From Octopus sinensis (lineage: Eukaryota), in NCBI RefSeq assembly GCF_006345805.1, contig NC_042998.1:124372001-124436000 (forward strand): DNA of 64,000 nt, given 5' to 3'. Below the pieces are notes generated by a model. That model did not search any database, was not told the DNA's origin, and saw nothing but the letters and a program-made list of their open reading frames with translations. Position numbers and translations under genes: made by a program. Each line of letters begins with the position of its first letter. Position 1 is the stretch's first letter. Positions 53,015 through 64,000 of the stretch are shown in pieces.

Positions 53015-53635
53015 TTAAATATAGTCAGCGAAGGATAAAGATTTAGGAATGAGCAAATATCTCCGCTGTGTCGCATTTGCAATAGAGTGGATGAAGCCAT
53101 TGCCCATATCACGAATGAAAACCACTACAAGTTGTGGCGACATAACCAAGTATCGAATGTGCTACGTTGGGAACTGTGCGAAAAGTGGGGTTTAGAGAGA
53201 GCACAGACCGCATAGAGTGGCAGAGTCGGAGACCAGCAAAATCCTCTGAGATTTCCCAGTCCAAACAGGTCAGGTGCTAGATCATAACAGACCGGACCTA
53301 ATGTTGGTGGAGAAGCTGCACCACATATGCTATATATTTGATGTTGTATGCTCCTTTGATCCACTAATAGTCAAGAAGGAAGACAAAAAGATAGATAAAT
53401 ACAACCTTCTTATGTACGAAATCGCCCGGCTATGGAAAATGAAGAAGGTGAAGATAGTGCCAGTTATTGTTGGGTGCTTGGGAATATGAAGGAAATTGGA
53501 ATGAAGTGCCCAAATGTTTGCCTCCTTGGCACGGCCAGAATAATCAGAAGGACGAATGGCATGGTACCGTGGGCTGTATGTAGTAAGCCCGCAACAAATG
53601 CAAGACTGCAGGAGCTCCAACAAAGTTTGTGATAA
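53015..53635 (+). mobile_element. R4/Dong-like relic E (same family as 6352-7775)
   Basis: SPLCRICNRVDEAIAH, RHNQV, LDHNRPDLMLVEK..KKIDKY..IARLWKMKKVKIVPVIVGCLG. Tail resembles 7725-7775. Followed by (GAA)n/(TGA)n. Confidence 0.82.
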
Positions 53636-54948
53636 AGAGAAGAGAAGGAGAAGGAGGAGGAGGAGAAGAAGAAGAAGAAGAAGAAGAAGAAGAAGAAGAA
53701 GAAGAAGAAGAAGAAGAAGAAGAAGAAGAAGAAGAAAACGATGACGATGATGATGATGTTGATGCGTATGATGAAGGTGATGAAAGTGATGAAGATGATG
53801 ATAATAAATACAAGACATAATAATCATTAGTTGCCTGTCGCTCAAATTTTGTTTTGAAGTTTATAAAGAAAATAGATAGAAATGTTTACCTTCTTTGGTA
53901 AATTGAAAACCGAATAGCAGACCGGAACTAATTTTTTTCTTCGACTGAAATATTATACCAACAGGTATCAAGCTATATTATGCGACGTTTTACATATTCC
54001 GTCGTTAGTAACTCTATTGATATACTTCATTATTTCAGAACTTGAAAAGGTTCAGATATAAAGCACCTCATTTGTCAAACTTATCATTAAAATATCTGAC
54101 TTGCATCATTTATATACTCAAAGTTGATTCAGAAAAATATCTTTATTGTGAAATACATGTTAATATGCAAGTCTGAAGTGTGTTTAAGTTTCTATATACC
54201 CACACATTCATATACATTATACAAATGTAGCCATGTAGTCGTATGTATTATAAACATACGTACAATTTATTCAAAGCACAAACTTGTTTTTAGTTTTAGC
54301 CTGTTTATTAAGTTACATTTTCGAATTAATTCTTCACAGTTCGTTTGTTTGAAAGAGTAAAATTTCTAACTTCATAATTGCTTCTCGACCACCATAGTTT
54401 CGTACTTTTTCGTGCGTGATATTGATGTGTTCAACTGCTGTAATACATGCCGATATCAGCAGGCTGGCCACATGGGCACATTACAGTTTAAAAAAGCTCC
54501 TTTGCTCCTGTCTTTCTTTCTTTCTCTTTCTCTCTGTCTTTTTTCTCTGCCTACCTCTTTCTTTCTGTCTTTCTTCTTTTCTTCAAAAACCAAATTGACA
54601 TCTTGAAACGTCATTAAGATCAACCAGCAGTAAAACTACTGACAATAGACAATCCCCAAATATAACACTATAAGCCTTCTCACAGAAAAATGAAAAAACA
54701 TCCCTTTTCTCTCTTTGCTTTTTCTTCATTCTTTTTCTTTTCTCTTTATTTCCTGTCCTTTCTATATTCCTCTATTCTTTTCTCTTCTTCTTTTTTCCTT
54801 CTTTTCTCACTTTTTTTTCTGTGTAGACACACATAGATAAGACAAACCATAAAACATCGTCTTCCAAAGAAATTTTCTGTTAAACGCAAACCTGACGAAT
54901 GAAACCAAAGCGCTAATAAAGCATGATCAAAAATTCTGACTACCTCCT

Positions 54949-55063
<115 letters not shown>

Positions 55064-56665
55064 GTGTTTTTTGAATGCACGTAATTGTGTTACTACTTGT
55101 CTGCAGATTTCTAATTCTACTGATATATAAGTATGGTGGCGTGTTAGACTTCAAGATGTTACGCTTTGATGAATACCTATATTGAATATTAAATGTTATT
55201 AAGATAATTTAAAACTCCTTTCTTTCTTTTCTAATTATGTATAGTGTTACTTTTATACGCAACCAGTTGAATAATACAACCAATGCTATTTGCCTGTCTG
55301 CGAGAACTGTGTAACAGATGATTGTACATGCAGTCTCACTACGATGAAAGAAAACTGAGAAAAATAAAAGTCTATTTCAAATGGGCTTCGCATCTTAGAT
55401 AAAGATCTGTGATATCTCTCTTAGGACAAATTTGATGTTAGAATGAACCTGATGAAACGCAAATAGAAACCATTTTGTAATTCATAATAGATCAACTCGC
55501 CCAATGACTTTGCAACTAAAAGGACATTTGGTACACATTGTAAAGAAAAGATTTATTTCATTAATTTTCTTACGGTATCGATGCTATTTCCCTCCTACTA
55601 TATAATATTGATCGCATTTAAATATTTCTCTTCAAAAGGAGAGAATGTTCTGATTGCACTCCCTGGTATCATAATGTAACGTTCGAATCTTTGTTTTCTT
55701 TCCTTTCCTAATTAATCTAGTATGCTATGCTTTACTAACGCAAACTCTTTTTGACCTAGAGACTGTTTGAAGACGTCGAAACTTAATTAAGACATAACGT
55801 TTGAACAGTAATTACCTTTCAAGAAAGGAAACAAAGATGTCCATCGAGACAATAATCTGTTGTGATATTTCAATATCAAAGGCGCACAACAGTATCATTT
55901 CTTTTTAACTAATTTCAAAAACGACACTATGCTTTCTTTCACTCTTTCTTCGCGATTCTTCGTTCATTTTTGAATGATTCAAATGAAAACTTCAGAAAGT
56001 GTATAATCTCTAAATTACAACCTTCGAAAGCATTTAATAAAATTAGACATCTTGCGCTATATATTTTATCAGTCAGTGGGAATTTTAAATCTTCAAAATA
56101 GATACATATTAGATGTATTGGCTTTAAGAATGATTTATGAAAAAGAGAACATCAATATGATACTGGATAGCGGGATGCTATAGCTTTCAGAAAAATCTAT
56201 TATCGAATTACACGTTAGTATTCCTTATATAATGAAAGAGGTAATCAACATTAATTAGTTTATCACTCTTTCAAGTTTCCCTATTCATTTACGCATTTGC
56301 ACACACACATAGATCAATTTTCATTTGTATATATCATATATAATACACACACACACACACATACACATACACACACGGTGGGGGACACATATACATATTA
56401 TATATATATATATATATGCACACTAGAGAGTGAACAAACGAAAGAAAAGTGAAGTCAAGACATTTAGTAGGAGTTATATCTATTATTTAAAGAAGTTTGA
56501 TTGGGTCCCGTGCTACTTCCGAGCCTGCTAATCCTGAACTAGCACGGAATCGAAATGCTATGACTTTGCTAAATATTGTACTATAATATGCGTACAGATG
56601 GGTTTTCAGGACAGTTTTCGTTCTTCTGGAACGTTCTCAGATGTGACATTTCCTTTCCTTTTCAG

Positions 56666-56820
56666 TACGAATCTACCGTGGTACGAGCATCAGCACGATC
56701 ATCTCCCAAGCAGCTTTATTTCTCCCCGACGCGTGTGTCTTTAGATGGTTGACGAACCCAGTAATCGAGAGGACAAATCATCCGCACACATTGCTTCTCA
56801 AACCCTACAGGGTTTCTGCA
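56666..56820 (+). CDS. Candidate internal exon of an unidentified host gene
   Basis: Strong acceptor TTCCTTTCCTTTTCAG and donor GCA|GTAAGT. One frame open: RIYRGTSISTIISQAALFLPDACVFRWLTNPVIERTNHPHTLLLKPYRVSA. No recognised domain. Confidence 0.4.
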
Positions 56821-56929
56821 GTAAGTGAAACTCGATCCTACTTAAGGAACAATCGTTTCAAACCTCTGTGCTCCACTTGTACGTCAAATGCCTGAAACAA
56901 TTAAAAGAATAAGTATATATATATATATT

Positions 56930-57509
56930 TCTCTCCTGTTTTCTCCCCTTGTTTCTTTCCATGATCCTTTCTGCGGAAGAGCGTAGGCTAGAATCGTTAA
57001 AGACTTTTTTCAATTCCTGAGCGTTATACTAATACATCTGTTTGTTTTATATACCACCTATCTTCGTCTTTTTTTTCTTTCTTTTGTGAATTCTCCCCAT
57101 ATATCACACGCTCACGTGCTCGCCCCAGTTGATCCTGTCTCCTCTCATCACCCACGAACTACTCCACTGGACCTTCTACCCTTTACGGATTCTCTTTTGG
57201 ACTTTCTACACTCCGGCTGCAGCTCTCCTGTCTATGGATTACTCTGGAATCTTCTGTTGATAAAAAATCGCTCCAATACACCACGACGTTCGAAGCCTTT
57301 AAACTTTATGAACTTTACGTAAAACTATACCTTAGCCACTACTCAGATTTTCTTTCTCCTTGTTCCTTTCTGTGTTCCTTTCTGTGGAAGAACGTAGGCT
57401 CGAAACGATAAAGACCTTTTTTTTTTATTCCCGAGCGTCATACTAATACATCTGTTTATTGTCTACACCACCTGTCTTCGTCTTTTATTGTTTTTTTTTT
57501 GTGAATTCT

Positions 57510-57510
<1 letters not shown>
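56930..57510 (+). repeat. ~160-bp diverged direct repeats with ~410-bp period, each with a degenerate hammerhead-like motif (PLE pseudo-LTR-like)
   Basis: 56971 CTGCGGAAGAGCGTAGGCTAGAATCGTTAAAG and 57382 CTGTGGAAGAACGTAGGCTCGAAACGATAAAG. Same family as 14213-14345. (TA)n on both flanks. Confidence 0.7.
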
Positions 57511-57576
<66 letters not shown>

Positions 57577-57980
57577 GCACGCACAAATGTATAGTTATAT
57601 ATGCCTGTATAATCATAAATGTAAGAATTATATACATATATATATATTTCGGAAACGTAACCGCATGTAAGTTGTTGGCAATGTTTCCTTATTTTTCGTT
57701 CTTTCTCTTTGGACTTTCCTCTTTCAGAATATAAATGACTTATATATTCGAATATTTTCTCCATCAGTTCCATTGAAATGAACAAGAAGATGATATGGAC
57801 TTGATGTGAGTTAATATGTTAAAATTATGGAAAAGTTTTAAATCACAAATTACAACCTGGATTCAACAGTACGCTTTTTCTTCTACAAGCTCAATGATAT
57901 GACCTTAAGCCGATATAAATCTGGTTTGAGAGAAGTTGAAATCGGAAATTGTTACAAAATAGCGAACTTTTTCATGTGTG

Positions 57981-58108
<128 letters not shown>

Positions 58109-58164
58109 GAATAAATATACACATATACATATATATATATAGACTAACATGTTTATATATATAT

Positions 58165-58209
<45 letters not shown>

Positions 58210-58215
<6 letters not shown>

Positions 58216-58823
58216 ATAGTTATCGCCATACTAATATGGCATTCTTATAAAAATAAGAAAAAAGCTGTCCGCTTATTAGCTCCATGAGGCCATCGCCTTA
58301 AGTTAGCTAACTTAAGGCGATGGCCTCATGGAGCTAATAAGCGGACAGCTTTTTTCTTATTTTTATAAGAATGCCATATTAGTATGGCGATAACTATTAT
58401 TTTCCGGAACGCTGCCGCTGTTCTCTTTTAGAGAGACTTAGTTATTTTAATATTTCTATTATTGAAAACAAGTGGATGTATTCCACCGAAACTAGGTAAA
58501 TAAAACCATCGAACAGAGATTGTCGGAAGCGACACCTACTGGCTGGCTACGCTGCATTGAAAAGGGGCAATACTCCGAAACGCGTCTGTAGCTGCCGGTC
58601 AAGTAGTGTGGAGCGACTGACCTCCCTTGTTCGAAGGTTATATGGATACAGTTTGTGTATCAAATAGCTAACTTAAGGCGATGGCCTCATGAGCTAATAA
58701 GCGGACAGCTTTTTTCTTATTTTTATAAGAATGCCATATTAGTATGGCGATAACTATTATTTTCCGGGAACGCTGCCGCTGTTCTCTTTTAGAGAGACTT
58801 AGTTATTTTAATATTTCTATTAT
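58210..58823 (+). mobile_element. Small retrozyme-like or PLE pseudo-LTR unit: 361-bp period, 159-bp direct repeats, and a loopless 97-bp inverted arm
   Basis: 58304-58462 matches 58665-58823 with two 1-nt indels. 58210-58403 is a perfect palindrome centred at 58306/58307. Inserted in (TA)n. Confidence 0.8.
58536..58606 (+). ncRNA. Type I hammerhead ribozyme with U3:A8 core variant; predicted cleavage after C58586
   Basis: Extended stem I CTACT GGCTGGC TACG CTGCA / TGTAG CT GCCGGTC A AGTAG; core TTGAAAA 58557-58563; stem II GGGG(CAATA)CTCC; GAAA 58577-58580; palindromic ACGCGT; GTC triplet. Confidence 0.7.
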
Positions 58824-58886
58824 ATATATATATACATATGTACATTCATATATGTGTGTGTGTGCATGTGTGCGTGTGTGTATAAG

Positions 58887-58957
<71 letters not shown>

Positions 58958-60894
58958 CAATTTAGCAATTAAACTTTATGAACTTATTCCGAAAAAACTT
59001 TTCCTATCCGAAATGCAATTCGAAGAAGCCTGCCATTTACCGGATGTAATATATGTAAACCCCATGTGCTTCGTTGACGTTGAACAGTTGGTTGCTTGGC
59101 TTCGACGAGACAGGGCCGTTTATTTATGATACGTCCAGGCTTACTGAAGAGTACAGAAGTACGAAATCACAGGTGATACAAGTCTATATTTTTTAAATGT
59201 CTTGCTTTGAAAGATTGCATTCGGTGGGATTAGTAAAATTTTTGGTAGAAATGACTTTTTGTCCCTCTTAGCGTGTGGCATCTATGTGTAATAGTGCCCT
59301 CTATATATATATATATATCTATATATATATATATATATATAAATACATATGTACGTACACACACATATATAAATATATACAAATGATTAAGAACGAACTA
59401 AGATTTTACTCCCATTATTTTTCAGTAAACGTACCTTCAGCGTGAGTCCATACTAATGGTCCTAAGACACATCAAACCTTAGATATGCCCCGAGAATCGC
59501 TGGATAAATTGATCTTAGTGTATGGATAAATCACAAATGTTGCGAATTTTATGATTCAAGCTTCAATATAAACTAAGAATAAAGCAGAAAAACATCAAAA
59601 ATAAAGTGTCTAGTTAGCGATGCAAATGCTGGGATTAGTAGACAAATATGTAGCTTGTTCAGTGTATAAGACCTAAACAATTTGTGAAATGTTTATTGTC
59701 CATTAAATTTGCAAGGCAAGTACATAGGTTCATTAGCCAGAAAAAATCACGAAAGGCTTAGATGACCTCAGGGATGGTGAGAGAGTGGGTTGTAGGCAGA
59801 ATGCAAAGACACGTAACATTTAATATGAAAATTAATAAAATCACGAACCGTGTACATACACATTAATGTGTACATACACATTAATACAGAAGTAAATATA
59901 GGGAAAGCAAGTTAGACAGATGAATATATAATGTATATTAAATACATGAAATGCAAAAATGTATATATGTGTATACATATAAAAAGGTTCGACTTATACA
60001 GAAAAGAAATGATATAGAGCAATTCTTTTCTTACACAGTCGCACCTTTCTGTATGCATAATTACATACAGTTCTGTATTTCATGTATTTAATATACTATA
60101 TATATATATATATATATTGACCTGTCTATCTTGCTTTCTCTACATTTACTTGTATACCGGCTCAAGTTTGAATCTCTTGAGCAATGCAAAGTGTATTCTA
60201 AACGGAGAACATTTGGATCTCACCCATGAACTATACACATAGATATATATACACACATACATGCATGCCTACCTAGAACCTTCATGCTGTTAGTTCTCTG
60301 TCGCTCACTATCCCTTTGACATTATTGAGTAATACATTTTTGTTGCTGATCCTACCCACTCCATCTTTCCTCTACCTAGCATTTATTTTTCCTACTTAAC
60401 CACACCCAACTTATTTGTATTTGGGCTGACCTTCCAACTAACTAATAATTTCATTGGTCATTTGATTTTGTTATTTCGTTTGTTCGTTTTGGACTGGTCA
60501 TTGAGATAACTTATTTGCTCATCTCCAAGCGGCAATGTTAGCAACGTAGGAGTAACAAAACCTGAAGATTAGTCAAGTTGGTTTTGTGTTTCTCACAATT
60601 TATGTAACAAGTATCATTTTGGTATAATTCGGTTACAGTCCGCGGTTTATCTCTTCCATTCCTTACTTTTAAGGATTTTTATTCCCATTCTTAGGAGCTT
60701 TAGTTGTTAAGCCATGAGTTGGGTGTTGAACATGAGCTTATCGAAATTCATATAAATTTCCATTTGGAAAGAAGTGTGTAACTTACGATTTTAATAAACA
60801 TGTTTTATCGTGTATTGTTCGCTTTTTGTCATTTGTACTAACCGCATAAATATATGAAGTTACTGACTTCCTACTGACTATACATATATGTATG

Positions 60895-61495
60895 TATATG
60901 GTAATTTCAAGGCCAGGTTAAATAACCACACTTTGAGCTTTAGGCACTGGAACAAAAGAAAAGCGACACAATTATCCAATCATATTTGGTCTTTAAGAGA
61001 TAAAGGTGTCGATTATAACATACAATGGAAGATTTTGGCCAGATGTAAGCCCTACACTAACGGCAGCGGAAGGTGCGGTTTATGCGACATGGAGAGATGG
61101 CTTATCTGGAAAAGCAGCTTAGACCCTACCACATGTCTAAATACAAGGACAGAGCTTTTCGGATCATGCCCACATGTGACTAAATTTCTGTTACGTTTTT
61201 GGTCCCCTAAAGAAAACGGATAGAACATGCTTTCTGTGTTATGTCCCAAGAAGATTTTATATATTTTTATATATTTTTATATTTTTATGTATTTTTATAT
61301 AATTTTTATGACGAAAAATGCGAGCGATGTATAAGTACGCAGGCAAAGCAGAGTTATAACAGAGTAATTTCCCTTCATTTTTAACGGTATTTTTTCATAA
61401 CGTTTTCAAATAGCCAGATAACCGAGAAGAGATGGTGTGTGGATTCCACTTCGGCATCTGAAACTCAGAGTTTTATCTTGACTACCGAGTAATGT
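60895..61495 (+). mobile_element. 3' fragment of a Penelope-like element (C-terminal part of GIY-YIG endonuclease region plus 3' UTR with degenerate HHR-like motif)
   Basis: FKARLNNHTLSF..TQLSNHIWSL..WKIL..CKPY..RCGLC..LNTRTELFGSCPH..KFLL, a typical PLE C-terminal pattern. 5' and 3' ends meet TA-rich microsatellite. Confidence 0.75.
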
Positions 61496-61500
61496 AACAT

Positions 61501-61538
<38 letters not shown>

Positions 61539-61566
61539 TATACATTTATATATATACATATATATA

Positions 61567-61611
<45 letters not shown>

Positions 61612-61626
61612 TATATAGATAAGATA

Positions 61627-61658
<32 letters not shown>

Positions 61659-61692
61659 ACTATATATATATATATGGTTATATGTATGTATG

Positions 61693-61766
<74 letters not shown>

Positions 61767-63548
61767 ATTTTCAGGGTTCGATAGAATCAAGCTAAAATAG
61801 CTAAGGCACCAAGGTAAAATCAGGGATAAGACAAATGTGCACTATGTGTATGGAAACACTGTATAGATATACTGCGTATGGACACACATGTGCTTACGAA
61901 AGTAAATAAAGATTTGTCCCTCGAGATATATGCACACATTAACAAATACTGACTGAAAACACGTGTACGCTAAGTCACACAAGAGTACACTTATGGTACG
62001 TATCCCACAGTCGATTATAGGCTCAATATCCAACGTAGGAGAGGTTCTGAGCGTGGTGAAATATCATCTATCATCTGTGTTATTGTTTATACATGTGTGT
62101 GTGTTTGGTGTGTGAGTCTGTGTATGTATGTATGCTTATATTACGTATGTAAGCACGTATATGTATGTGTGTATGTATGTACATATGTATATAGGTATGT
62201 ATGTATGCAAAGTTAGAATCGCAGGATTGGTGTGTTGGAATGGGAGAAAGGCACGTAAATAAGCAAGTAAGCAAAGATGTATTGGGTGTATTGTCCGCAG
62301 AGAATGAAAATATATATATTTTAAGTAACAGATATATAAATTGACAATACTCTTTTCCTGAATACAATTACTTTAATATACTTTATATATAATATATAGG
62401 CATATATAAAATATTATATTACTTATACTACCATATCCAGATTTCTTGCTTGCTTACTTGTATACTTCTCATTGCAACACAATACTTTTATGCTACATTA
62501 ATTGACTGCAATTATTTAACTCCATATATTCTGAATGACATTTATGCTTGAGCGAAAAATTCCTTAAATTCTGCCAGGAATTTTACATGCTACAGCTAAT
62601 TTGATATACTTTCTTAAGAAAACAAGGACTTTCGATATGAATTTCGTTGAATTTCATTGCAATATAGACATGCATTAGAAAATGAGAAATTTCGATGATG
62701 ATATTCTGGAATATATCTCTACAGAAGAATACTTTGGAATATGAGTTAGATATGAATTTTCCAATTATGAATGAACAACTGAACTGCTATGAATTATTTG
62801 CAGTAAACAACATGTGTGAGGAATCGTATATGATGTTTTCTATCATTACATTTTATGGCAATAATATCTTACGGAAAGTTATGGTTTGCTAAAATAAAGT
62901 TCACAAATGTAGATGTGTTTGTAGCAGTGCTCATCGAAGATAGCTTGATTCAAATAATAATCCTTTTGGCTTCTTTGAACATACAAAAGAAATTCGTGAC
63001 TCAAAATTGAAATGAATAATGCATGGTATTATATATGAAGCTAAAATAATGGATAAATATACTTCAAAAAAGAAAATATATTCCTCAGAATTTAAAAGTA
63101 TACATTTTTTTAACCACTTCCCTTTCAAACAGAAATTTTTGAAACATTATTCCAAAAAAAATGTAGAACTTATGAATCTATGCGAGAAGCTGATTTAATA
63201 AAGATATGATTGTGTGGTTTATATGTTTCTTACAAACACTCGATTTTAACTTCTATAATCTTTAAAGCAAATGATTGATTTTATTTTCATGTGTTTCTTG
63301 ATTTGAATATTAAAAGCTAAAATACTGAAATATTTCCAATAAGATTTGATAATTTCGGACAGCTTTTATGGTCAGTTCTTAACATTTAAATTAGAGATTT
63401 TCTTTAATATACATATTTCATTTCATACAAGTGAATCTATATGAATTCGTATATCATACAGAATCTATATAGAAATACACATACAAGAAAATTAATATAT
63501 GCGCAAACACACACACACACATACACACATACATATATATGCACATAT

Positions 63549-63627
<79 letters not shown>

Positions 63628-63707
63628 GAGTAATGTAGGCAAAATTAATATATTTTATAATAGTCGTTTGCAATGTTTTATTTTCAATAACAGCTTATTT
63701 TGTTCAG

Positions 63708-63771
63708 ATTCTCTTTTATGAAAGCAAATTTTTGCGAGGCTTGTGCTGGCGCTTCACAGCACGGAATGCAG
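63708..63771 (+). CDS. Candidate 64-nt internal exon
   Basis: Acceptor TTATTTTGTTCAG and donor CAG|GTAATT. Two frames open (ILFYESKFLRGLCWRFTARNA or FSFMKANFCEACAGASQHGMQ). Confidence 0.3.
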
Positions 63772-64000
63772 GTAATTTTAAAATAGTGCAAATAACGTTA
63801 TTACTTAATAGTGATTAAATTATATTTTATGCAAGTATCCATCATCTTATCAAAGGACAGAACAGGATGTTAAAAAATAAAGTATACCTTGCAAAGCATC
63901 CTTATGAAATCAACTCTATTAAACAGAGGTTTCGTGATTTGCTTCAGCACCGGCTTGAAGATTTATAGAAAATGGCATTAATGGCCTGTGTAAATTCGCT

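Noticed and set aside
55441-55485. CTGATGA..GAAAC hammerhead-like match
   Set aside because: No formable stem II or stem I and helix III is not palindromic; likely chance or fully decayed.
59041-59143. Possible minus-strand exon (CTCTTCAG..CCG|GTAAAT); similar case at 53890-53944
   Set aside because: Splice-like signals alone are common; no recognisable peptide, and they conflict with the + strand candidates.

Overview
AT-rich, microsatellite-dense animal genomic DNA, almost entirely intergenic or intronic. The SINE families and repeat landscape resemble a coleoid cephalopod, most likely Octopus (inference from recall, no database search). No host gene is recognisable; only a few weak exon candidates were seen. 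The window holds seven + strand copies or relics of R4/Dong-clade RLE non-LTR retrotransposons next to trinucleotide (mostly TAA) arrays, including one near-intact at 7886-10545. It also has Penelope-like (PLE) relics, mariner relics, a Ty3/Gypsy pol fragment, an RTE fragment, several tRNA-derived SINE families and a putative MITE. The main result is about ten hammerhead-ribozyme (HHR) or HHR-like motifs found by eye, mostly with palindromic helix III and mostly inside small direct or inverted repeat units ending at (TA)n tracts. The most unusual is a ~2.0-kb unit at 25207-27488. It has an HHR in each terminal repeat, one disrupted ~380-codon Gag/ORF1-like CCHC-knuckle ORF, an AATAAA just before the second HHR, and no RT, so it looks like a protein-coding retrozyme-like element. 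Also notable are a 361-bp retrozyme-like unit whose HHR has a compensatory U3:A8 core (58210-58823) and a perfect 486-bp palindrome carrying a canonical HHR on both strands (34858-35343). All folds and alignments were done manually and need computational and experimental confirmation.
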